Assembly: GCF_009914755.1 (NCBI RefSeq)
Contig: NC_060936.1
Length of the DNA: 64,000 nucleotides
From: the human T2T-CHM13v2.0 reference genome, Homo sapiens
Strand: one strand, 5' to 3'
How positions within the stretch are numbered: position 1 is the stretch's first letter; every line of letters starts with the position of its first letter. Below are positions 52,271-64,000 of the stretch, piece by piece. The position numbers and the translations under genes are program-made. The notes beneath the pieces are model-generated. The model was not told the origin of the DNA. It made no database searches and worked only from the letters and a program-made list of their open reading frames with translations.

Positions 52271-53568
52271 ATTTATAGAGCAAACTGGAATAATGTTCTC
52301 AACATTATCACATTCTATATTGAAATACTCTAATTTCTGCTTTCAACTCAGAACATCTTCAGACTTTGTATTAAAGTATTGATTTTCAAACTTCCTTATT
52401 TGTAGAACCCTTTTTAAAAGGAAGTTTTACACCACACAATAATATATACATTTTAAAGTTAATTTTATTCATATAATTGCTTTACATAAGTTTAAAACAT
52501 TTGTTACACATTTAATCAGATAAGTCTATTCTAAGGAATATTTTTAGTGAGTGCCTTCAAAAAGCTTAAACATTTGTCAGATGGCATAATGACTAGTTGG
52601 ATGGATGATTTATTTAGAGAAGCTCGAAAGGTTCAATAAATAGCACATAGGGAAAAAGTCAATAGCAAACCACTTTACTTTAGCACAAACAGGAGAAAGT
52701 CCTCTTAAGATGACTCTAAGGTCAGATAATCACCATTACCCTTCTCTAACCTTCATCTGTTGCTAATAACTAATTCAATCACACACAAACAAAGTAATAA
52801 CATTTGACACAAACAGAATTAATAACTTCTTTTTTCACTTGGAATGTTTCTAATTTAGTAGAACTAATATGAAAATGCAATAGTGCATTTCTTAAAAACA
52901 AAACATAATCAACAGGACTCTTAATTTTCAGCTTTAATTGCTATTTTTATTGAGTTCACTTTTGGAATTTACCATTTTTTAGAAGAATAAATTCTAAATA
53001 ACTTTACTATTGTCATTCACAGTGTATTAGGCTTGAAACGCTCAATGATAGGAAGCCATGCACAAATAATTTGATACTGTTAATGGAACAGCCTCATTAA
53101 TTCAATCAAACAAGTTAGAACTATCTCAGTTTGCTCAAAGCTGACAAATCAATATTAAATATACAGACACAGCTTCAGAGAATTGATTCTACTCCTCCTA
53201 CTCTTAGAATCATTCCAGGTATAGGTGTATTATTCTGGAAAGAAACCCAACACACAAAATGTTAACCTCCAAAACCACAAAGCAAGCATGCAAAGGGTAA
53301 TATTTCTTTTTTCAAATTTTTATCTACAATTGGTTTCCCTCTTGGTACTTGGAATGCTCTCCTCAGCCAGAACATTTAAAAGAGTTTGTTTTACAAAATT
53401 TTATTTACAGGTTTTTTTTTTTTCAGACACTTTTCAACTATGTAAAGCAAAGTAGACCTGAATCAAGAACCAATGTAAGACAAGATTTACCTGACAAGGA
53501 TCTTGATTAACATTTCACTTTTGATAAATTTGGTCCTTCCCTGGGAATCCACAGAAATATGCTCCTCA

Positions 53569-54250
53569 TGTTAGGTAGTGAGATAGACATTAGCAGCTGG
53601 GAAGGGGTAAGAGAAGAGAGCAGAAAAGCCATCTCTAAAACTGCATCTGGCCCACCTAAGTTCAGCTCTGGAACCACCCTAACTCCACCCTAACAGATGG
53701 AGTTTTTGGTGGAGACTGTATCCAGCACATCTTATAGAAAGAGAAACTAGAGCACAAGTGGAAATCCCCCAAAGTAGCACATGCCCAATAACCTAAAGCT
53801 CTATCTTGGAATTGACCCTAGGCTCATGATACCATTATTATAATAAAATTTACATGTGGTTTTTGCTCCCCTGAGTGGGCATTGTTTTAAAACAAATTAT
53901 AGGTAAAAATATGCACAGTTTAATTTTAGCTACATAAACATAAACTGCCAATCAAATGACATCATCCTGTCACTCAAACACAGCCCAAACCTCAACTGCT
54001 CCCCAGAAACCCATAAAAGGACCTCAAGTTTTGTAAAGAGGTGCTGATCTCACTTCACAAAAATAAGTCTGCTCTCCCTCTGAGAGTATATTTCTATGCT
54101 TCAATTAACTTTGCTTTAAGCTTGCATTCTGGAGTTAGTCTGCAATTTTTTTGTTTACTCTCACAAGAACTGAGATTGCTGGTCCAGAGCTCCAACTCTG
54201 TTCATCTCCTTGGTTAAAGAATCCATTCCAATGCAGAATTCCCACTGACA
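53569..54250 (+). mobile_element. ERV1-type solo LTR (MER4-group)
   Basis: TG...CA ends with similar flanks (cctca/catca). CCAAT, cataaaag TATA-like box and a degenerate polyA signal (caattaactttgc) in LTR order. Confidence 0.7.
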
Positions 54251-57200
54251 CATCACAGGATCAAATGTTCTGGTGGCCACCCTCTTGCAAGGACTTTTCT
54301 TTTAACTACTCCTGACATACTCTATTCACCACCTCACAACTGCTAAGTATTCTTCCTTCTTGCCTTCAGCATTCTTGCCTACGGAATCATCTTCAAATTC
54401 ATGGTCAGATACTTTAAATGCTTAAGAGGATATTCTTGAATATCTTTATATTCTATTATTCAGTTGATCTGACTGACACAGTTTCTTAAACTCAGTTTAA
54501 GATCATTATTTATAAAGCTACAGGGAATAACTAGTTACTGTGACTTCTCCCTTTATTGACTCTAAATACCACATTGTGATTCATTGTTGTAGCTCATGAT
54601 TTTTAAGCAGTAATATTCTGTGATTAAAAAATAATTTCCAGCCATTTATGATTCAAAATTGGTTGCTCAAGGAATGAATTTCATAAAAAATAATGACTGT
54701 AAGTGCCTCTGTGAATTACTTTTTTAAAAAAATATTTTAATCCTATCCTTATTGCTGTGAAGAAGAGACTACAGGAAGAAGCATGTGCTTAATGACCAGA
54801 AAATGAGTCAAACCATTGATGTGAAACTGAGCAGCTTAATTTTGTTGGTTAATGGTGAGTAATGCACAAAACAAGCCAATGACTAAAATATATCTTAGGG
54901 AGAAGAAAAAGACCAACATGATTTTATTCCTCTGAAATTATAACATCATAATCCATCTTTGCAGCAAAAGGGTCTCTAGAAATTATTACACACATTCCTT
55001 GATCATATACCCAGATTGCTTCAATCAGCTAATTAGACAAAGCCATTGTATAGTATTTTCAATCTTTATTTCCAAATCAGAGTTAAATTTGCTTCCTACG
55101 TCAGTGTGACTGGCAGCTCCTCTGTCACCCTCAATCTCTAAACTATTGCTTCTAATTTGGAGTTGCCTGAGAGACCCATTTCTGAAAAGGAGGCTTTTAC
55201 CTACAAAGCAGTTTATAGCTTCTTTGATTTCAGTGCAACAAAGCTTTCGACTCTGCTTAAAATGGAAATGATTATTTCTTACAGGAAAGAAACGAGTGAA
55301 CCCCTGCTGGGGGGAAAATGTTTTCTTGGAAATACTTTTATAAACTTGGTAATTAATGGCAGTAAAATTGCTTATTTAAAACTATGACCTTTTCAAAGAC
55401 ATGCTGAATATGCTCAAATTATCCTATACTTGTAATCATTTTTCAAATTGTAGTTGAAGTTTATTTAAACTATTAAATATACTACTCTGACTTTTGTCCT
55501 ACGGATGCTTATCTTAGCCCCTCTGAATATTTTCTTACAACTAATTTCCCCAAATTTCTTCCACTCCTCAAATTATTCTTTCTCTCTCCCCTCCACTTCT
55601 CTTCCCTCCACATTTGGTTTCTTATATTATCTTTTGATATTACATTTTATTTTTCTCCACAAAAGATGAATGTATGCTTAATTCACCTGTGAAGTCTCTC
55701 TTTAAAAAAAAAAAAAAAGCTTATTACACACACTGGTTACTCTAATACCAGATATCAGCACCCTCTTATTACCTAGCTATCTTCACTAATTGTTTAAAGC
55801 TTGTCAAGTGTGGTAAAACAAAATGCAGCCACCTGCTACTCTTTTTTTTTTTTTCATTTGGGTTTTATGGCTTTCTGAGACTGGTATTACCAACTTTGTC
55901 ATAGGCTTTAGAGTCATATCTAAAGTTTACCTGAGAGTTAAACTTCAGTATACTTTATTTCTTTATCACATTTTGCTATTATATCTCCTCTTTTACTCCA
56001 CACATCCTTCTGCTTCTGACCACAGTGGGTGATAGACTGCCAATTTAAGGCATAATATAGTAAACAATTTGGGAGATATTATTTATAATAATAGTATCAT
56101 GAGTGAAGGTATGTGGCTGGCAAAGAAGCAGTTAAGATTATAACTGATCTAGATCTAGACCAGCATTTGGGTTGAGTTAGTCAAGGCCAACCAGAATATT
56201 TTTCAAGGCTGCCCGTTAGCAGAAAAAGTCTTCAAGCCAGGATACCAGTTCAAGGTAGGAAGACGCAGGGTCCAGGGTCTCTAATACTTGGTCAGAGAGC
56301 TTTCAAGTAGAGACTTGCTAATAACTTAGAGATGCATATCCCAAACATTTCTTCCATGAAACCACAGCCCCATGCGGTTAGGGCTTAGTGGTCAAATAAA
56401 TCTGCAAAGGGCTGAATGCTTTGTTCCAACCATAGAAAGTTGTGCACTTTAAAATGTGAAGATGCTGAAAACTCCTGTGCTTTAGAACAATTCAATTTTT
56501 GTAGCTTTTCTCAAACCTATTTGACCTATTGACTGTCTTTGAAGGAATACTCTTTGGAAACTAGAGCCTAGGATGTATCCTTGCCACCTCGTCTCTCAGC
56601 TTCATAACTGGTCCCCAAGTTCTGTAAGCCACACGGTTCATTCCTCAAAAAATCCCTTGCAACTCTTCCTTCCTTCCAGCCACCACCCATGTTCATGTCA
56701 GTGGTTCTCAATGTCAACAGAAGGGAGGAAAGATGGAGATAGTTCACATCAACAGGAGAATGTGTAGTTTCAAAAATCAAAATTAAATATTATAACGTTT
56801 TATTATAATGTTTTATTATAATGTTTTATTTATCATCAAACTAATTTACTTTATTTCAAAGTTTCCAAAAGAATTAAAGGGAATGAGATTAATTTTATAT
56901 ATCCAAAGACAGATTCAATTTTAAAAAGTTAAGAAACGTTAACTTAGACCTTTATGATGCCCTAAGCATCGAATCAGACTTACTCTAAACTATTTTTCTT
57001 CCCTCCAATGTACCAGAGTCACCCTCAGCAATGCAATTATCTGAAAAGAAACAAATGAAAAAACTTGTACTCATTTTGACAGACTTTCTGGTATGCCATA
57101 AAGATGCCAGGGGAAGGAAAGCGATGCTCCAGAAGGACCAGTTGCCTTACCTCAGACAAGACAATTACTGCTAGGGACCTTAGTCTTCTCATGTACAAAA

Positions 57201-58546
57201 TGGGCATTCGGGATTAGAGGAATCTCAACCTACATGAATTCAACATCTCCTCTCTACTCAAAAATCTTGAATGTATATATACTGCTCTCCCCGGTGCTAC
57301 CTATAGAACAAATCTACCTTTTGGCTTAGGTATTTAAGACCTTCCAAATCTATTACAAATCTATCTTTGTAACCTTTTCACTAATCCTCACCATTAACTT
57401 TCTGCTCTTGTCCAATTTTTCAGGTAACTGTTGCCTGAATAATTCTTGCTTGTTCTCATCACAAAGCCTTGGCTTATGACAGTCTTATCTCTGGAAACTT
57501 CCTTACTACTTATTTCTTTTCCAACACCTACCCATCCATATCTTATTTTTTTAGGATTCAATTCACAGAGCACATTCCCCTGTGAACTTTCTACAATTAT
57601 TCTGAACAATGGTAATTTCTTCCTAACTGATTTTCTGTACCAAAAAAATTTATACTATTATTTGATCCTTATAATGTAAGATCTTGTGTATTTAAGTATG
57701 TTTTATTTCTTCCAATTAAGTTGTGTGAGTGCCTCTGGGGCTAGAAATTTTTATGCTTCAATGGCTTTCTCATAATGCTTAGTAACATGTTACCCATAGT
57801 CAATAATCAATATTTATTAAACTTTGGATATTAATTAATAATGAAAGATCTGTAGATTCATAATAGATTCCATTTATATCAAATTAGATACTGCATTACA
57901 AAAATCAGAATGGAATACTCTTAGTAGGCTGTGAGAAATTTGGTTCTATTATTTTAAACTACTACACTGAACTTTCTCAGTCACCTAAATTATCCAAAAT
58001 GGAAACTAAATTCAATTTCTTTGTATCTTCAAATTTGAAAGGACTTTCTACTTTTCTTGATTCAAAAATATGTTCAAATGTATAAAAACAGGAAAAGAAG
58101 AAACAGATTAAGCAGAAATTCAATTAATTCAAGAAGTGATCATAATGATACATTTATAATTCTTTCACTTTTGCTTAACATATCTTTATGTTAAAATCAT
58201 CACATCTTAGAAAGAAAACATCTATAAATATTTTATTAGTATTTTTTGGACTCTGGATTTGTGTCCAAAGACGTTCTTTAACTAGCTGTACTTATCAGCT
58301 ACCTAAAAGTCCTGTCCCAATCATGTTATATCACATTTTTAACTTGTCTGCTTATTCATTTTTGTATGTTTACTGTCTCCCTCTCCCTACTCCCAACTAT
58401 AATGTAAGCTCTGTGACCACATGAACTCTGGTCATCACGATCACCCTCATGATCAGTAAAGTCTTAGTCACTTCGCTGTATTGTCAGGGTTTGTGTAGGC
58501 ATTTAGTATTATATACATTCATTGAATAAATAAAATACTTGCCTGA

Positions 58547-58924
<378 letters not shown>

Positions 58925-60019
58925 TATTTTGATGTTTTTTAAAAATGTGTTTCTCCAAATCACAAGGTTCATTAGAGCTCTCTCAGAGTGTGAAAGGGGA
59001 AACCAAAACAAGCAGTGGTCTAGGCTGCCTACTGCCCTCTCAGTAGGGCAAATCGTTTTTTATCCTGGGGGTGCATGTTGAGGAAGGAAGATGGTTCTAA
59101 GTAAGATTTTGCTTTTACAATGTTTTAAAGAAACTTCTAAACTAGATTATTTCCATAGATCTTTCCAGAGTCCAGGTCTGATTTACAGATTATGTTTGTA
59201 GGTTTGTTTTTGTTATTGTTGTTGTTTAATTTCACATGCTTGGAAAAACACTGAAAAATAATTATCCTCTCTGATACTGTGCAAACTTTAATCTAGAAGT
59301 GATAGCACATGTGTCTTATCAAAAGACAAAATGCCCTGTGTATCTGGACCAGTCTGTAGACCTTTTTATATGGTACTGAAGTCCCCAGTATTGATTTCCG
59401 GCTGGTGCTCATGTCTGCTACTTCTTTGCCTGCTTGCTCAGTTCAGATCAAATATTGAAACAACCATCCCAGTGATAAGGATCAAGTAGAAATAATGTAT
59501 CTAGAGCAGCCATTCAGTACTTGTTGAGAAACTAAGAAAAATGCTCAGCTATCTTTGATGTTAGTAAGAGTAATGTTGCAGTAGAGTGCCTGCTGAATTG
59601 ATTCTATTACTGTTCTTACAGCGGTGACTTGACTTCAATTACTGCTATTGTTGTTATGATTATTATATATTTATTCTAATTTTTATTACAGTAGTTGTTT
59701 CACTGATGCTTTTGACAATGACATGAAACTAACTGAAGGTACAGAACTTGAATATCCTTGAAACCAGTTTTGTCTTAAACAGTTGAGAAAGCACTCTGCC
59801 ATTTTTCTTAATTGTTTTTGGCAAAAACAGTATAAAATAAGTAATACTTTTAATTTAGCAGGTATTTTGATGGAGGAAAGTTTAAGTTTTTCATTGGGTC
59901 ATATTTGGCAAAACATTTTTGGTAAAATGAGCCACACAGCAAAAATATTTATGAAATCTGGAACAATCTGAGCTAGTATTCAAACTGCCTATTTTTGTGA
60001 ATACCAAGAACAACAACTA

Positions 60020-60230
60020 CTATTATTATTGAGCAGATATTAATATCACACATTCACTAGGTACTGTTCTAAATTATATCATTTAATTATCACAGCAACC
60101 TTGTCAATTGAGTATCATTAGCTACTATTGAGATTCAGAGAAGTTAAGTCAGGGGCCAAAAGTCACACAGCCTTTAAATCGTCCAACCATGTTTCCAACT
60201 CAGATATAGCCAACTCCTTAGCCTGTTCTT
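60020..60230 (-). mobile_element. MIR
   Basis: atttaattatcacagcaacc...gagattcagagaagttaagt...aagtcacacagc. Confidence 0.65.
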
Positions 60231-61297
60231 TGCCTATATTTCAAGGCCTTAAAACTGATACTAGAATTTTTTAATTGACACAGGCATTGCCAGTCCAAGA
60301 AACAGAAACGGAACTGGTAATGAGACGTCCTGAAGCAGAATTTACCATGTAAAAACAGGAGACTTTCTCTTGCTGAATTCCCTATTTATACCTTTCCAGA
60401 ATTCTTGGGAAAGAAAACAAGTGAAATTCATCAAAAATTTACCATCTCATTACTCTATTTTCCCAATTTGTGAAAATAAAAAATCATTACAAAGTAATTA
60501 GAAAAGCACTACAATAAGCCAGTTAATTTCTTCTGTTGCTAATTGAAATCAAGAAAACAAGAAAAAAAGTTAAAGTAAAGCATACAAATAAGAAGATGAG
60601 TTAAGCATTATTGAGTTTGTCCAACATAAAATACTAACATAGAGGAAAATACTATTTTAGGAACAGTATTATAGAATCCTTCTAAAGATAGAGCATGTAA
60701 ATATTTGATTCATAATTCAAATAAATGATTTTTAAATTCTGGTTGAGTTAATGCCATTTTCTAAGAAATGTGAACAGTAACTATTTGTCCTTTTTTCCGA
60801 TCAGAAAAAAAGAAAATTGCTAACCAATTAATTCCAAAGCAATTTCAGTTATCTGCCCTTTAAGCACTATCATCCAACCTCTACTGATGATTTCAGAGAC
60901 AGAGAAGAGTCTCATTAAGGCAAGGCTCTTAAAACTTTTCTTAAAGGATAATTATGATGGGAGAATCTCATAAGAACACAAGAACCGAATGGTCCGGTGT
61001 GAAAAGACTTTTCTAAAGAGGAGCAAAAATGAAAATAACAATAAGAATAAAAGCCACCGATAGATTATTATAGGCTAATTTAACTTTGGTAGATATTGCC
61101 ACCTTTTTTGGTTATTGCTATAATTGCTTATATCTTAAATAAGACTGGGTTTTAGAGTCTGACTTTTTTTTTGCACCAACATTGTTAGTAGCAGCCAATC
61201 TAAACTTCTTACAACAGGCTTTTGAAAATTCTTTAGAGATAAATGCTTAGATTACTTAACTAAATAGAATCTCTCTCTCAATCTCACCCACCACCCC

Positions 61298-61298
<1 letters not shown>

Positions 61299-61334
<36 letters not shown>
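61299..61334. repeat. (AC)n microsatellite, about 18 units
   Basis: Seen directly. Confidence 0.97.
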
Positions 61335-61335
<1 letters not shown>

Positions 61336-61854
61336 ATTTTTTTCTTACATTTGTAATTAATTTTTCCCCCGAGATGAAAAATGTCCAATTCTAAAATGAC
61401 ATGGCTTATCTGATAGAAAAGTACTCTGTGGGATGATTCTTAGCTAATGTAACTTTACCAACGATGGGGGTTCAACAACTAAGTTCATTTAGTTATGCAA
61501 TTATTTTTAAACAGTAACAATTCCACCAAATTTTTCCCCATGATCTGAATCCTCAAATCACAATATGATAGAGAAACTCTGGTATTCTCTTGGAGTCTTT
61601 CAAAATTCTCAAATATAAATTAAGTTTAATCAGTTTGTAATTAATGTCTACATTAATAAATATATTTTAAGTATATGCATGTATATGTATAATATGCAAA
61701 CTCTTAGGCGACTAAAGGAAATACCATGTGAAAATGTAATTACTTAGGATTCTATAATTCCCAAGCTATTACTAGGTTAGTTTGGGCTCATATTCCAAAA
61801 TTTTAATCAATAAATAAATTTTAGGAAGATGGGATTTATTTATTTAGTAGTATT

Positions 61855-62820
61855 TAATTCATTTATTCAAGAAATATTAACTGCCTACTCTGTCACAAGG
61901 AGAAACTGTTGAACCACAAGGGTGTAAAGTTACAGTTCTGTCCCGAAAGAATTTAAAATCTAGTAGGAGAAAGACGTTTTAAAAAAACTAAAACACGATT
62001 TTTAAAAAGCAAAAAATAACTGTCAATAAGAACAACGAATAGAGGAAAGTACTTCATCCTTACACGGGTGGATAATGCATACCTGCCCAAGCCTGAAATC
62101 CAAGGAAGCTTTTTTTAGAAAATGTGCTAAGTTAAACATTAAAAGATACACAGATGTTGTATAGAAGCATCATTTCAGATACAGAGGACAGGGCAAGGCA
62201 AAAGCATTACAGCTTGAGAAAGCTGAGAAGATTCAAGTTACCAAGGGTAGTACTTTATGTTTGGGGTGGAAGAACATGATTGGAAATATGAGATAAGACT
62301 TAAAGACCCGAGAGAAACAAATCATGAAGTGCTCTGTTTGTTATACTAAGGATTTTCTATTTTATCCCGGGGAAGGCTAGGTGATTTTAATCCCTAGAAT
62401 TAGATTTCATTAGACTAAGTAAAAAAGGAAGAGAGGGCGGGAAAAAATTCACAGGTAATGGGAAAACTGAGTACCAGAAATGAAGGCCCCAGTTAAACTC
62501 TGTCAGCAATGACAGAAAGAAGAAACTAGATTTGAGAGCTATTTTGAAGGTAAACCTAATAGGACATGGTAGAAAACTTGATGTTGGGGATGAAGGTGAG
62601 AGAAGGGCCAAGGATAACAGCCTCATTTTTAGTTAGGGTGATGGAAGTCTAGCCATCCTATTCATGGAGATAAGTAATTCAGGTGAAGAAGCAGGTATTG
62701 GGGAGAATGATGATGAAATCAGACATGTTAAGGTTAAAATGCCTTAGGAAAATTTAAGTGTGCTATCTTATAAATAGATGAACATGGTCTGGATTGAAAA
62801 AAAAAAAGAGTTCTAAGTTG
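61855..62820 (-). mobile_element. L2 fragments
   Basis: attcatttattca...tgcctactctgt...atttgagagctattttgaaggtaa...ggacatgg...gacatgttaag. Confidence 0.65.
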
Positions 62821-62825
62821 GAAAC

Positions 62826-63207
62826 TGTATCAGTCTGCTAGGGCTTCCTAGAATACCACAGATTGGGTGATTTAAACAACAGAAATTTATTTTCTCACAG
62901 TTCTGGAAGCTGGAATTTCAAGATCGAGGTGCCAGCAAGCTTGCTTTCTGGTGAGGCCTCTCTTCCTGGCTTGAAGACAGACACCTTCTCCCTGCGTCCT
63001 CACATGGCCTTTCTCTGTGTGCGTGTGCTCTCCTGCTCTCTCCCACTGCTCATAAGGACGCCAGCCCTATGGGATTAAGTCCCCAGTCTTATGACCTCAT
63101 TTAACCTTAATTACCTTCCTAAAGGCCCTGTCTCTACATTCAGTCACCTTGGGAGTTAGGGCTTTGGCATATGAGTTTTGGGAGAGGACACAATTCAAAA
63201 CAAAAAC
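62826..63207 (-). mobile_element. MaLR solo LTR (MLT1A/B-like)
   Basis: tgtatcagtctgctaggg...aaacaacagaaatttattttctcacagttctgga...ttatgacctcatttaacct...ggacacaattca. Confidence 0.88.
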
Positions 63208-64000
63208 GTAGATTAAACGACAGGACAGACATGATTATCATCATTTTACAAATGGAAAGGCTGAGGTTGGAACTGTTAAACTGCTTGTACAGTTACAGAG
63301 AGAGCATTTGAAACGAACTGATAGAGTGAAAAGGACAATTATACCTGCCTATAAGGTACAACCTGAACAACAATAGCAACAACAGCATAACATAAGTCAA
63401 CAGAAAATTAGCACAAGGATAGGTAAATTACATAACATAAGTCAACAGGAAATTAGCCAGGTAGGTTGTGGAGGCCTCATAGAACAACACCAGTTTCTTA
63501 CTGAGTTTCCAAAATGAATGGGATTAAATGGTCCCAGCCAACTTTAGGGGACAAGTTCTTTTATGACAACGAACGAGAATGCTGCAGAAGTTTTCTCAGG
63601 ACATCAAACACAACTCCAGATCTTATGGATAATGTCCCAGAGAACCTTTAATACCTTTACAGAATGAATCTCACTGTTTGTGACTCTGAAGAATGAAGGG
63701 AGAAGCACCTGCCCCAGCTGTGATTTGAAGCTGAGGTTCCAGGGAAACTAGGTATTTCAAAGCCAGCTTCGCCTTGCACCTATAAACCTGCCTCTCCAGC
63801 TGTGTTCAAACACATGAATTGTTCACTGCGCAATATGATGATTATCCAGCTTTCACCAGAGGGCTGTGCAAGAACAAAAGGCTGAGGGGTAAAGGGGAAT
63901 TTTATTATTAGTTTGCTATTCTTATGAAACATTCATATAGCAAAGGAATTGCCTTGCTGTTAAAAGAAATTTTGTTAAGGAAACTTTATGAAAAAGATGC

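Overview
AT-rich primate (most likely human) genomic DNA lying inside the PIK3C2G gene (class II PI3-kinase gamma) on the + strand. Only two coding exons are present (6866-6959 and 9870-9964, helical/PIK accessory domain). They are followed by an intron of more than 54 kb in which I found no further exon. About 500 bp downstream of the second exon, on the same strand, is a 5'-truncated processed pseudogene of FBXO3 (ApaG domain, acidic tail, probable 3'UTR with polyA signal), interrupted by an Alu. The rest is mostly transposable elements: a full-length Tigger1, nine Alus, a 4.2 kb L1PA with target-site duplication, older L1M/L2/MIR fragments, many MaLR (MLT1) LTRs and ERV1/ERVL solo LTRs, plus micro- and minisatellites. 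Apart from TE and pseudogene remnants, the supplied ORFs look spurious. I see no evidence of a new multi-gene system. The most interesting testable ideas are (i) the sense FBXO3 retrocopy acting as a cryptic terminal exon that would truncate PI3K-C2gamma before the kinase domain, and (ii) a 189-nt two-exon circRNA with a stop-free frame, flanked by inverted Alus. Gene and repeat-family names come from recall of consensus sequences, not database searches, and boundaries of old repeats are approximate.
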